From NCBI GenBank assembly GCA_951406725.2, contig OX597815.1, forward strand, positions 155,992,001 to 156,056,000: DNA of 64,000 nucleotides, written 5' to 3'. Position numbers and translations under genes: made by a program. This DNA is from Octopus vulgaris (taxonomy: Eukaryota). The notes beneath the pieces are model-generated. The model searched no databases and had not been told where the DNA came from. It was given only the letters and a program-made list of their open reading frames with translations. Position 1 is the stretch's first letter, and every line of letters begins with the position of its first letter. Of this stretch, positions 1 through 13,779 are shown piece by piece.

Positions 1-1074
1 AAAGTAATATGTTACTATGACAAAAATATATTTTAAAAAAACACAAAATTTTATTTGGTTTAAATAGGGTTTCCTTTGAGAGGTAGAAATATGAAGGACA
101 TTGATTCTGTCGTAGTAACTATTGGAGTAAAGGCATTCGAATTATTCACAATGGCAGCAAAAACATTTCGAAAACTTTCTCTATTACAGGTAAAGAGTAA
201 AACTAGAAGCATAATAAAGAGAGAAAGCCAATATCATCAACAGACTCATGCAATACACACATGTATGCAGCCATTATGCACGTTATGTGCTCATAGGCAA
301 ATTCAAAACCTGTTGATAGCAACCCGGTGTGGCATGGTAAAGTGAACAAACAAATCATGATGCTAAAATAAAACTGATCTGTTTGAATTCAAAGATCGGA
401 GAAAGAAAACAATGTCCTTTTAAAATCATCCCACTGAACAATAAAAAAAAAAATGAATGGCAAAACTGTTTCTATAAGACAAACAATTCTACATTAAATC
501 TATTTATAAAAGTTGATATTTACAACTACAATAAAATGTTTATAAGGACGAAAATATTTCAGTTAGAAAAAAATCGAAAACAGAAATTAGAGAAGAAATA
601 GAGCTTTATAGAAATCTAAAAGGCAGTTTGGGATACAGAGAAAAAAGAAACAAAACAAAGAGAGAGAGAGGGGGGGGGGGGAGATTTCAGACGATAAGGA
701 AGTAAAATTAGAAGTAAATGGAATATTCAGTTCAGATGTATTGTTTTTGTTTAAAGTAAAATAATCTGTTGAAACCTATATATACATGAGGTCAATTCAG
801 AATTGACTGAGAAATAGTAGTAAAAACTAATTCAGTACACTTTCAAGTGCTTTTAGTGGATTAACTCTCACTCTACGCGTACAACCAGTCACACATACAC
901 GTGTATGCGAGGGCGTATGTGTGTTATATGTTATACGATAAGGAATTTAATTAGATTATTGACTAGAGTAATTATATAGAGGTTATCATGTTTATTTAAG
1001 CTACCACCCACTCAAATACATAATCATACATAGATATATTATGTTTGTGTGTGTGTGTATGTGTGTGGTGTGAG

Positions 1075-1124
<50 letters not shown>

Positions 1125-1160
1125 CAAAAGTGGGACAAGAACGCAAAACATCCAGACTTG

Positions 1161-1229
<69 letters not shown>

Positions 1230-1276
1230 GAGCGTGTCTATATCTACTTAGCAATAAGACTTATATATATATATAT

Positions 1277-2060
1277 CGAGTATAACCAGCCGAAATTGCA
1301 AAGATAATCTGGAACTCGACCGAGGAAAGAAGAACTCCAAATGACCCGTCTTTATTTTCTTTGTATCGTCTATCTGGATGTTTTGTTGTCCCTTTATTGT
1401 ATCACCTGTCTGGATGTTTTGCATACTTGTCCTATTTTGAATATTTTATATATAAAACATATAGCGGCGTACGTATACTTTGGTCTCTTATATGTAAGCA
1501 TGTATTTATCTAAATTTTGTACGACTCTATTCTTTCTATTATTTTTTCCTTCTTTCAATCAGCTCTTCCACGCTTAATTCGTTCATTCCACTCTTCGTTC
1601 TTTCGTTCCCCCTCTCTCACATTTCCTTGCCTTCTCTTCATGCTGAATTTCTCTCCTCTTTTCACTTCACTGTGTCCCTGTCATTTTCTCGCCCCTCCTT
1701 AATTCTGTCCCTCTGCCTCTACCTCTCTCTCTTCTCTCCTAATGTGACCGGTATTCTACCAAGGCTGACCAAGGAATCTAATGCTCTTAGCTTAGTTTTT
1801 CCTTCGGGCCGGCCAGATTGGAGCATTCTCGAGTATAACCAGCCGAAATTGCAAAGATAATCTGGAAGACGTCAGGGGAAAGAAAACTTCGAATGACCTG
1901 CCCTTGTTTTCTTTTTATCGTCTATATGGATGTTTTGTTGTCCCTTTTTTGTATCACCTAACTGTCTGGATGCTTTGCGTTCTTGTCCCATTTTGTATTT
2001 TTTCTATATATAAAATATATAGCGGCGTACGTACACTTTGGTCTCTCATATATATACGTC
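1277..2060 (+). mobile_element. Direct-repeat-flanked element (pLTR-like repeats of about 220 bp around a CT-rich body), probable PLE remnant
   Basis: cgagtataaccagccgaaattgcaaagataatctggaa...tagcggcgtacgta(t/c)actttggtctct occurs at about 1277-1495 and 1830-2052; TA-rich flanks. Related reverse fragment at 1121-1165. Confidence 0.6.
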
Positions 2061-2324
2061 AAGCTAGAGATAGAAGTGATGAGCTCCATTACAAATGCTA
2101 TATACAGACAAACTGTGTCGATAGCCAGCTAGACAAGATGTTTTCTTGGGGCTAAAATAACAGTAACATCGTCCTTTATAGGACTGTCACGTTATGTTAG
2201 CATATAACATTACTATATTTATATCTATCTATCTACCTATGTATGTATGTATGTATGTATGTATGTATGTATGTATGTATGTATGTATGTATGTATCTAT
2301 CTATCTATCTAGCTAGCTAGCTAG

Positions 2325-2357
<33 letters not shown>

Positions 2358-2405
2358 AATCTATATATATATATATATATATTAGACTGAGGTAAAACCG
2401 ACTTA

Positions 2406-2464
2406 TGGGACTAGGTTTCACGTCCGTAAAGGGCATAGCTTTATGACGTTATCTTCAGATCCCA
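2406..2464 (-). ncRNA. Hammerhead fold (slightly degenerate) in a short PLE-like terminus between TA tracts
   Basis: Minus strand: tgggat CTGAAGA ta acgtc...gacgt GAAA cc TA gtccca. Confidence 0.55.
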
Positions 2465-2495
2465 AAATCTGTTGGCTAAAGGCCTCTCTAGCGAG

Positions 2496-2540
<45 letters not shown>

Positions 2541-3138
2541 GTACAGAGCGAGTGAGTGAGAGAGAGAGAGAGAGAGAGAGTGATCCATGTAGAAATAAAT
2601 AGCAGTTATATAACTGTCTTTATATTCATATACCTACGCGAACATGAATATGCACGCTCGTGTGTGTGGTTTTCCATGTGATTACACGCATATATAAGCA
2701 TGCATGCATAAAAAGAAAGCATATACTCGTATGTCAAAGCGATAAGCGCACATATTACACGAGCGGAAACGCATTCATACACCTACACACATCCAAATAT
2801 ACTTCCACATAACGCGTATTCACGTATTCAGAAATCCCTGAAATTGTTATGAATGAAAAAGGGGATTTTTTCTTACTAACCAGCTTCAATAATGCGCCAC
2901 TGAATATATTGAGAGAGCGCACGAACACACACATACATAATTTGAATCTGAGATCTTAGCTGTTCGGTGATTTTTAATCGAATAAACAGAGACGCGTTTC
3001 CGCATTCTCGTGTGGATGATTTTGAAAGACTTAGGAATATTTGAAGAATCTTCAATCAAATACAATACTCAAAATATGAAGTTTCGGGTTATGGAATAGT
3101 AATTGATTTTAGGTAATTGAAGAGCATTATAAAACGGC

Positions 3139-3328
<190 letters not shown>

Positions 3329-3339
3329 CATAATGGATT

Positions 3340-3635
3340 GTGGGTAAGTCCAGAACAATGCGAAGTAAATGCAAGACAAATCACAAGAAAACAAAATATA
3401 TAAATTAATGTAGACATCTTGCGTTCAATATTTCGGGGTTATGACCCCATTTTGAAGAAATTAACGAATGTTGCCGATGTGCGTGTGTGAGTTTACACAT
3501 TGGCAACATTCCTTAATTTCTTGAAAATGGGGTCATAACCCCGAAATATTGAATGTAAGGTAAGTCTACATTAATTCATATATTTGTCTTCTGATTTGGT
3601 TTGCAATTCATTTGCATTATTCTTGCCGTATCCAC
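3340..3635. mobile_element. Diverged fold-back (about 140-bp arms) next to (TA)n, probable PLE terminus
   Basis: ttcaatatttcggggttatgaccccattttgaagaaattaa vs ttaatttcttgaaaatggggtcataaccccgaaatattgaa, with flanking arms also complementary. Confidence 0.8.
3511..3560 (+). ncRNA. Minimal hammerhead-like fold with U3-A8 core
   Basis: ccttaatttc TTGAAAA t ggggt-cata-acccc GAA atat T gaatgtaagg. Stem I ttc/gaa plus cctta/taagg. Confidence 0.55.
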
Positions 3636-4038
3636 GAATCTTATATGCTAAAGAAATTTGAAACCATGGTATAACCGCAAAAAAAAAATAATAATAATAA
3701 CAAGGTAAACGTTTTTATTTTTCATCTCCTTCGAAAATTGCTATTAAATCGTGGTTTTGGCCGTTTTGGCTGCTTCTTCTAGCATGTAAAAATTACCTGT
3801 TAAAGGGTAGTTTTCTCTTGTGTTTAAATGTACGCTATTTCAAAATAAGAATATGTTGTCTATTGACTATTTATACATGCTAGGCCACTGGTGGTGATAT
3901 TTCTAACGAATATTCGCTACCCTATATATGTATCTATACACACACACACACACAAACACATATACATACATACATACATACATACATACATACATACATA
4001 CATACATACATGCATACATACACACATATATATATATT

Positions 4039-4375
4039 GTTCAATTTAAAAGTTGACTCGATTGATTAACTGTCAAAATATTGGCTCGATATGCTAAAAT
4101 GATTTCAGCCTTTCTACAAGTGTAACGCATTCATTCGAGATTTCTTCTGGAGTCGTGATGATGTTATCAGTGTAGCAACGTTCATTTATTGTGGAATGTT
4201 ATTTTAGATCAGGACTTTTTATTAATGGACTATGGATTTACTCCTTTGACAATTATGTTACCGATTTTTAGAGCGAATACGCAATTGTGCCGCCGCCAAC
4301 AAAGCAGGCAATTAATGTTCTGATTAAAAAGTTTAAGACGGACTCAGTTGAAAACAAGAAACATGTTCACCGATG
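4039..4375 (+). mobile_element. Possible Tc1/mariner 5' remnant
   Basis: Translation VPPPTKQAINVLIKKFK resembles the N-terminal HTH of Tc1/mariner transposases. Confidence 0.35.
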
Positions 4376-5110
4376 TACCCGTATATAATGTATATACGTA
4401 TACATTATATATATATTCACACGTATACACACACACACGCACACACACACACACACATACACACACACTCAAGAGGGATACATAATCCAGTGGATTCTGC
4501 GGTGGGTCTCAGTTATGTTCCAGGTTACGGCTAAACGCACTGGTTAGTATTTAACGTCTATGACAACTATAGCTTAGGGTCTATCACCCACGGTAAGTTA
4601 AATGTGGACATGGACACCAAACCAATAATATCTCAATCCTCGTACATACATGATTGGTTATCCATTATCTCTCCAAATTTTATATGCCCTATAACGGGCT
4701 TTGGTGAACATGTTGCACAGTGTGCAAAATCCATTCTACTCACCTAGCAACCTGAGGGTGTTGCTTGTTTAATCGTTGACTGCTCGACTTTGCAACAAGT
4801 AATATTCAAGAACGACCTGACATATACTTATGCATGTATACACATGCATATATACGTGTATATATATATATATACTTACACTCACACACGTATAAACATT
4901 TACAGATATACATATGCATATACACGTATGTATACACACACATACACACACACACAGACATATATATACATATACACGCACTTACACGTGTGTATGTGTG
5001 TATTAGATTGTCATAGAGAATTTCAGATGCGTATATGTTGCTATTACTAAAATGAATGGAAAACATTGCAAAAAATGGTGGGCGTCGTGAAATATAGATA
5101 CGTGTATATT

Positions 5111-5870
5111 TAGAAGAAGAAGAAGAAGAAGAAGAAGTAGGAGGAAGGAGGAGGAGGAGGAGGAGGAGAAGAAGAAGAAGAAGAAGAAGGAGAAGAAGAA
5201 GGAGAAAGAGAAGGAGGAGAAGGGGAAGGAGGAGTAGAAGGAGAAGGAGAAGGAGGAAGAGTGGGAGGTAGAGAAGGAGAAGGAGAATAAGGAGGAGTAG
5301 AAGGAGAAGAAGGAGGAGTAGAAGAAGGAGGAGAAAATACAAAGAGAAGAAGAAGAAGAAGAAGAAGAAGAAGGTGGAGGAGAAGAAGAAGAAGGAGAAA
5401 GAGAAGAAGAAGAAGAAGGAGAAGAAGAAGGAGAAAGAGAAGGAGGAGAAGGGGAAGGAGGAGTAGAAGGAGAAGGAGGAAGAGTGGGAGGTAGAGAAGG
5501 AGAAGGAGAAGAAGGAGGAGTAGAAGGAGAAGAAGGAGGAGTAGAAGAAGGAGGAGTAGAAGAAGGAGGAGTAGAAGAAGGAGGAGAAAATACAAAGAGA
5601 AGAAGAAGAAGAAGAAGAAGAAGAAGAAGAAGGTGGAGGAGAAGAAGAAGAAGGAGAAAGAGAAGAAGAAGAAGAAGAAGAAGAAGAAGAAGAAAAGGAG
5701 AAGAAGGAGGAGGAGAAGGAGAAGAAAAGGAGAAAAAGGATAGGAAAAAATGTAGAAGAAGAAGAAGAAGAAGAAGAAGAAGAAGAAGAAGAAGAAGAAG
5801 AAGAAGAAGAAGGAGAAGATGAAGGAGAGAGCGAAGAAGAAGGAGAAGAAGTAGAGAGAGAATAAGAGAG
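5111..5870 (+). repeat. Polypurine (GAA/GGA) compound repeat with internal block duplication
   Basis: Almost purely A/G. The block ending gaaggaggagaaaatacaaagagaaga occurs at about 5325-5350 and 5577-5602. Confidence 0.95.
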
Positions 5871-6392
5871 AAATTGTGAAGTGAGAAAAAGAGTGATAAC
5901 AACAATGAATGGAGAAGGCTGAAGAAAGAATGCGTTCAGAATTTTGAAGATATTCATGCATGATTATTATAATTAATGATTCTTTGAAGATTACTGTAAA
6001 ACAAGTGATTATGTAATTATTTGGACATCTTGAATGCCTGATTCATTGCACACAAATAAATTAGATTTAAGACGAGAAAAAAAAATTCAATAAAATAAAA
6101 ATTTATGTTCGATATGTCAACATCGCTGTGAATGAAGTAAGTGTGTGATTGCAAATTATTAGAGAATCAAACTTATTAAAATAGGAAATTCGTGTCTTGA
6201 AATAAAAGTGAGAAAATGTAACTTTTATTTGATAGAGATAAATATGCAGATGAAGAATATGAATCCATTCTTTACTACTGTATAAACATAATTCATATTC
6301 GCTAAAATTATCCACAGACATCGATATCAGATATGTCAAAAGGTTACTGTGAATTTGTACGTAACAGAAGTTGTGAATGGGAAACGAACAAG

Positions 6393-6977
6393 CGGATTTT
6401 TACCTTTTGACCGACAAACTTGAAAAATAATTTTTTGTAACTAAACACTTTCAAACTTCGAACACTAGTAGAATGTGTCATATAAAACATGTTTTACTCT
6501 TAGCGTTTTTGAGAAAAACTTATATTTACGAAGTTATTTCACGTTGAAGTTCTCGTATTTCGGTAATTTCAACCAATCAATGTATTCAGCGGAATAAAAA
6601 GGTGTATTCAACTGAATAAAATTACTGTCGTTGTTTGTCAACAACTATCGGCGGTGTATTTTTTGTTTGTCACTGTTATTTATGACATTGTTCGTGCGTT
6701 TGTACTGGTTTTAAGGTTTTAAGGTTAGGGTTTTAGGGTTAGAGTTAGGGTTTTAGGGTTAGGGTTTTAATGTTAGGGTGTTAGGGTTAGGGTTTTAGGG
6801 TTAGGGCTTTAGGGTTAGGTTTTAGGGTTAGAGTTATGGTTTTAGGGTTAGGGTTAGGGTTAAGGTCTTAGGGTTAGGGTTAGGGTTTTAGGGTTAGGGT
6901 TGTCATAAATAACAGTGACGAACGAAATATTACAAAAGATTATTTTTTAAATCTGTAGGTCAAAAGAGATAGATCCG
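6393..6977. mobile_element. Non-autonomous TIR element (MITE-like) with internal TTAGGG/TTTTAGGG repeats and 6-bp TSD
   Basis: TSD AACAAG at 6387-6392 and 6978-6983. Imperfect TIRs cggatttttaccttttgacc...tgtaa / ttaca...ggtcaaaagagatagatccg. Inner IR gtcactgttatttatgaca / tgtcataaataacagtgac. Confidence 0.8.
6710..6901 (+). repeat. Interstitial telomere-like array (TTAGGG mixed with TTTTAGGG)
   Basis: Direct reading. Confidence 0.95.
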
Positions 6978-9900
6978 AACAAGCCATGGATGTTTCTTAC
7001 ACCTGCCAGAAATAGCAGCCAAGCCTTTTTGAAATTGCACTATGTTGTTTATAAAGAGGAAGACGCCTTTAAATAAGGTATTGAATACACCTACACCAGA
7101 GAAGAAAAAGAAAAAAAAAAGACATTATGTTCAGTTCTGGGATGTGTTTTGATCTCATGTCGTTTCGATCATCGCTGACATGGAGTGAAGCAGTAGTGAA
7201 AGGCAACATATAAACATGTCTGTTTGATTAAGTGTCATCTTCGCAACAACGTGCTTTCGGATCCAGTCTCATTGCGTGACATCGTAGGATGGCATCTTAT
7301 ACAATAGCCCTTAGCCAACCAATGCCTTGTGACTGAAATTGTTTGAGTGAAAATGTGTGAAAGCCCGTTGTGTGTGTGTGTGTGTGTGTATGTTTGAAGA
7401 TAAGCGGTTTATAGAAAAGTGTAAGTAATCTGAATTTTTAACATAAGCATAAATTGGTGTGGGGTTGGGAGTTAATCGATTATATTCAGTGCACTACTTG
7501 ACTGGTACTTATTTTATGGATTCTAAGTAGCTGATTGGTAGATTAGTGAGATTCAAACACGCAACATAAAGATTTGCAGCTAATTCCTACAAGATATTTC
7601 GTCTGCCAATCTACACATTCTGACAACCCATGGCGTTTATCGAACTTACAATGAATTATAAAAATAATGGCGAGGACGTTGATGACGACCTTAAACGTCA
7701 TAATGATTATGCTGCTGCTGCTTATGATGATGATGATGGTGATGATGACGATGACGACGATGTTGTCAGCTATAGTGATGTTTGTTTGCGAAGTGATCCA
7801 AGACGATTCTAAGGAGAACTATGAAGGCTACTACATCCACTCCCATGTCGGTGAGACGTTTACTTGATGTCGGTCCTAAAGATTGCTGAGCAAATGTTTT
7901 AGCATCGTGTTACTTTTGCTTTGAGTTGAGGGGGTTATTGCGTTACTTCGTCATAACAACAGAGCCTGCACCACCACACGGTCTGTTAGAAGTAGTAACA
8001 AAACCTCCCCAACCTGATCCCCTCAAAAATCACTCACTGCTATCAGGACACATTGGATTGAGTTGACAGGGTACATTATTCGTGAAGAAAATACAGCCTG
8101 GTTTTAGTTGAAATTGCTTATGATCACGTCTAACTACTCTATCAGCATTGACTTGGTGTTAAACAACAAGAACTTAATAAATCATCTTTAGACTAGTTAT
8201 CGCACTAGTTTAAATCATTCAGTTTCAGGTAGCCTTGTTTTTTTAAAAAATGTTCACGATTTATTCAATTATTTGTTATATCGGCGATTCCAAGCTTCAA
8301 CGATTATGAAATTAATTGTTTAAAAAGAATTAGACAATTATTAATTCCTTGATTGCTTCAGTTTGTTACTGCAAGAATTGACTAATGGTTTACTGGGCAC
8401 CGGATTAATTTGAAACATGGCATACAACCAGTGATATTCTAATTACTTTCGCTTCTTGATAATGTCCTTGACTGATTTAATCAGGATACTGCTTAGAAAC
8501 CCTTAATTAAATCTGCTTGTTTAAAGATTGGAGCTTGTATTAAAGACTAATGATTATTTTACTCTGTTTAATGTTTCGAACATCTAACAGGCACTGGGCC
8601 TTGCACATGGCTTTTTAATACATCATTTACTGTTCGATATTTTGATTTATGTTCTTGTATTTTACTTTAATTTCTGTTTTTGTTGTCTTTTTTTTGGTTG
8701 TCGTAAAATATCAGTAGTTATATTTACTTGTTTAATCAGCGAAGCCTCCTTTCTACTATAAATCATTTCAATTTTCCAGCCCAGCTAGAAGAGCGTTTTT
8801 TGGCTGTAAACCCATTGCTCCATTGATCGCTTGCTGGGTTTTTAGGAGCTCCTGATATGATATTAATTAGAAAGTTAAGACAGGATATTTGTGAGAACAA
8901 ACCTATAATATAATACAAATTTATATAATATATAAGCGCTAACGCATGAAACTTTCGGACCTTGAGTCACTCTGTTGCTTCTGCTAAATACTAGTAAAAA
9001 TATAATATATAATACAAATTTATATAATGTTAAAATAATAAAATGTATTATAACATATGATAATTACCTATATTCTATACAGTCAAAAAGTGTGGCCTGC
9101 TGAGAATATATAAAATTATATACAATCATATACGATAAAATAAACCGTGGGTCAGATGATCAAGCAACTTAAGGGATATTCCAGTCATATCTAACCATCT
9201 TTTAGTACTATATTGTTCAAAGAATCTCGTACTTTTTAAAGACGGAAATCTATAATTAGAGAGAAATTATAGTTGATCGAACAACCATGTATACGTGCTC
9301 TTGAAGGTTTCTACTTAAATTGTAATGATTTAGCAAGAGCTAAAGAACTTAGTACTTGAAGTCAGTGTCCTTCAAATGAAATGTTACTACACGCTGCGTT
9401 ACTGGTGAGATAGTGATTGATTTCTAGAGATGGCATTTAGAAACAATGAAGTGTTAATAGGTGTAAAGACTACCTACTGAGGTGTTGGATACAACTGATG
9501 TTACTGCACATATGTTGCATTCAGGATTTATTGAACAGAAAAGTTTTCATCAACCATATCTGTGACAACATAGCTACGATATCATATACTACAATGATTT
9601 CAAAAGTTGATGGCTGTGTCCATTCATTTATTATATTTACTACAAACAATTGAAATATAATTCCGGAGAAATCAACTGCGCATGCAATCACTGTTTATGC
9701 CATAAGCTTTTATGAGAAAATTGTTGCTGTCGTTGCTTAGCCCTAGTAAGGCCTAATAAAGTAGAGTCATGATCAAAGTTCGTGACCATTCCGTATTTTT
9801 TCTATATCAATGATTCTGTCAATTGTATCCTTTGTCATTGAATTGTAGACCCCAGGGCACCTTTGATCAAGTAGTTCGATGCTCAACGATATTCTAGTCA

Positions 9901-10914
9901 ATTTTTTCTAAGCATACTGTATTTAAGGCTGCGTTGTTTAATGTACCCGTTAGGAAAGGACAATATGGTGCAATTTATAGGATATTTAGCAGCAATTACT
10001 AGCATGCTGATCGACCGCATACAAGCTACTTCGTTAATACTCTAAGTATCCTACGTTAGAGATGTTATCAAGGGGAACTGAATAAGCGTTTAAGGAAACT
10101 TAAGAGTTCTTCTTCGTACAAATCTATAGAATTGGTTAGAAATGACAGCTTGAAGGGAATCAAATCTCTTCTAAAAGAAACAGGAAATAACCTGGATAAC
10201 ATTTCTTAAATCACAGCAATGAGATATGACTCACTAGTTTAGGAATAAAAAAGACAGCAAAACAAAATTTATACTCGATGCAGTATTCAAATATTTCCCA
10301 GCATAGAAAAGAACAAATCATGTACACTCATCAACTAAAATGATTTTCGATACAATTTCCACTTTAACATGTCCAAAGTACAATATGATTCAAGTTAAAG
10401 ATCGATAGGACGGTTTTGCTGGAAAGCTAAAGAAATGGAGTTTGGTACAATTAAGAATTTGTACGCGAACATCCAAACACAAGCATGCGCACATACACAT
10501 GAAAAAATACATACGTACATACGTATGTATGTGTATAAATATATATATATATATACACACATACACACTCACACATATATATACATATATATATATACAT
10601 ACACACAAACACACACACACACGCACATATATATATATATATATATATATATACGTACGAGCTATATACCCACACACATACATTTGTATATACTGTGATG
10701 CGTACATATGTAGACACGTGCGTGATATATATCTATACACATTAGATTGTAGACCTATGAACATATATATATATATATACATACATACATACATGTATAC
10801 ATATATACATACATACATACATACATACACACATACATACATACATACATACATATATAAATATATATATATAAGCATATGTGCATATATATATATGTAT
10901 GTGTGTATATATAT

Positions 10915-10968
<54 letters not shown>

Positions 10969-11514
10969 TTACTTATATACATACATATATACTTACATAA
11001 ATATATACTTACATATATACATACATATGTATATAAGATTCCCAATTTCACCGTACTTAACTGATATTTCTCCTATCGATCGCATGGGGATGGATAGCAA
11101 AGTCAATTCTGTTCTTATTTGAATTCAGAAACACTAAAGTAACCAGTGCACTCTTTACAACCACCGCCATCTTAACAACAGCCATAGCATGTAAACAGAA
11201 TCGATTTCTTACACCTACCTTCAAGCCGATATATATCGAGAAAGGGTGATGAGACGATACTATGGCCATAACTGTGTATAATACCGCCTCCTCCCCCCAC
11301 CTTATGCCCCTGAAAACTACACCCACTAAAGAATAATCAGGAATTTTTGATTCATGGACAAACCTGTGGGCTATTGACTCTTGCCTGCTTTTATTATTTC
11401 GACTGGTTTCTATTTTTCTGATTTTTTTTTTGTTGACTTACACGAGTTTATACTTGAGCGCTTCCTACTTTCCTCCAGTTACGGAGGTTCCTGAAAAAGA
11501 GCTCTGCCCTTCCT

Positions 11515-11855
11515 CCACTCTTTTACTCTTCTACTTGTTTCAGTCATTTGACGGCGACCATGCTGGAGCACCGCCTTTAGTCGAGCAAATCGACCCCAGG
11601 ACTTATTCTTTGTATTCTATCGGTATTTTTTTGCCGAACCGCTAAGTTACGGTGACGTAAACACACCAGCATCGGTTGTCAAGCGATGTTGTGGGGAGAC
11701 AAACACACACACACACATATATATATATACATACATATATACGACAGGATTCTTTCAGTTTCCGTCTACCAAATTCATTCACAAGGCTTTGATCGGCCCG
11801 AGGCTGTAGTAGAAGTCAGTTGCCCAAGGTGCCACGCAGCGGGACTGAACCCGGT
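11515..11855 (-). mobile_element. SINE family A, head truncated
   Basis: cttgtttcagtcatttgacggcgaccatgctggagcaccgcc...gggactgaacccgg. Confidence 0.88.
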
Positions 11856-11879
11856 GTCACTGTCTATTAAAAAAACTTC

Positions 11880-12031
11880 ATACTACCACCACTACCACCA
11901 CCACCGCTGCCACCGCGACCGCCGCCGCTGCTGCTACTACTACTACTTTGCTGCTGCTTCTTGTCCTCCCCTTCGTCGTCGTCGTATTCGTCGTCGTCGT
12001 CGTCGTCGTCCTCCTCCTCCTCCTCCTCCTC

Positions 12032-12062
<31 letters not shown>

Positions 12063-12206
12063 ACCACCACTACTACTACTAAGACTGCTGCTGCTCTCAC
12101 TACTTCTGCTGCTGCTGCTGCCTCTCCTCCTTCTCCTCCTCCTCCTTCTACTACTACTGCAGCTGCTGCTGCTGCTACTACTACTACTACTACTACAATA
12201 ATAATA
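11880..12206. repeat. Compound trinucleotide microsatellite (CAC/CGC/TGC/TAC/CGT/CCT/AAT)
   Basis: Direct reading. Confidence 0.95.
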
Positions 12207-12494
12207 AGAACAACTTATATTTGCAATAAGGGTTATCAGATAACGGGAACATTACAAGGGCAGTTTATAATATGTGTATGTGAGGTGGCGGTCGGAAGAC
12301 GTGGATGACATAAAGTGTGAGAAAGAAAGAGAACTATACGATCATAAATTTTGAGAAGCGTTGCAGTCGACAGAAATCGATCAAGAACTTGGGATCTATT
12401 TCTCTATCGACTCCGGAAAATCTAAAGTGGAACTTAGCGGAATTAAATACCACTATCACCACCACCACCACCACCACCATTCTACTACTAATTT

Positions 12495-12531
<37 letters not shown>

Positions 12532-12857
12532 CAGCAGCAACAGCAGCAGTGGTTAAGTGAGATGCCATTGCAGTGTTTAATGAAATCCTATGAGCGAGTA
12601 CACCAGTCCTGGAGCTGACCTCATGTTCTATGGCGCTTGTCAATGAAGAAAGCAAGGTTATCCAGATAGCTTGCTCCGTGTCAAGGAACAAGGAACAAAG
12701 CCGTTTCTTTTTCTCACACACACACACACACACACTCACGCACACACACACACACACACACGCACACACACACGCACACACACACATGTCAGGATATTTA
12801 TGCCGAAAATAAAATCTCTATGACGAATGGTCAATACTATAATTAAAGCTTTGTGTA

Positions 12858-12888
<31 letters not shown>

Positions 12889-13200
12889 GTGTTTTTGTGT
12901 GTGTGTATGTGTGTGTTTTGTGTGTGTGTATGAGTGTCTACTTGCGTATATATGAATGTATATATGCAGATGTATAGTTATATGTATCTATGTAGGAATA
13001 TATATACATACATACATACATACATACGTACATATATATATATATATATATATTGGATAAATATATTTACGGCCGTTCGGTGAGGTTATCCAAGGTTTGA
13101 CACCCATAGAGCATTTAACTTTACAGTGTAGATATGAATGTACGTACATCATATTTTATATCTATGTGTGTTGTGTGTGTGAGTGTGTGTGTATACAATA

Positions 13201-13261
<61 letters not shown>

Positions 13262-13461
13262 ATATACATTATATATATGTACACACAGGGGCATGTATGT
13301 GTATAGACTATTATACGAACGTAACTTCTCACATTTTATCAATGAAGATTAGTAAACCAAAACAGTATTATAAATAAATAAATAAATAAATAAACAAATA
13401 AATATCATGTGGCTGTTTATTTTTATCGTTTGAAGCATTAAATACAAACAGATGTACTCAC

Positions 13462-13708
13462 GTTTCCGGTCGAATAGATCGACTCTTCCACCAAGCTTAT
13501 GAAGCAGACCCATGTAAACTAAAATTCGCGCAGCGTTGTATTTCACGTATTTGGCATACTTGGTGCTGTGGTTGGTATAGTACCATTCATCGGAAGGCAG
13601 AAGAAGCTGCATTAGCATATCTGCGATATCCGCTTCGCTGAGAACTGGATGATAGTTTGGGTTCATAGCAATACATGCCAGGGCTTGTAACAAGAGACAC
13701 AGCAAGTG
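13462..13708 (-). CDS. Internal coding exon of a host gene (82 codons + 1 nt); tentatively resembles the N-terminal region of invertebrate phospholipase C epsilon-like proteins
   Basis: Minus strand reads ccgtttttatAG|CAC TTG CTG...CGG AAA C|GTgagt, with canonical acceptor and donor. The peptide is complex and non-repetitive: HLLCLLLQALACIAMNPNYHPVLSEADIADMLMQLLLPSDEWYYTNHSTKYAKYVKYNAARILVYMGLLHKLGGRVDLFDRK. The exon call is strong; the product identity is from memory only. Confidence 0.8.
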
Positions 13709-13779
13709 CTATAAAAACGGAAAAGAGATACGTAAATGTATTTGTGTAAAAAAGGGAAATGCAATCAGTTGTTTAGATA

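Noticed and set aside
4769-5961. Long ORFs of 283-383 aa
   Set aside because: Translations of GAA/GGA repeats giving homopolymeric peptides in all frames.
6710-6901. True telomere or chromosome-fusion site
   Set aside because: Short, degenerate, single orientation and enclosed by TIRs with a TSD.
8930-8995. Possible additional hammerhead on the minus strand (gactcaaggtccgaaa)
   Set aside because: No recognisable CUGANGA-type core or stem I.
10390-11122. YI/HT/CV-rich ORFs here and throughout the window
   Set aside because: Dinucleotide and tetranucleotide microsatellites lacking stop codons.
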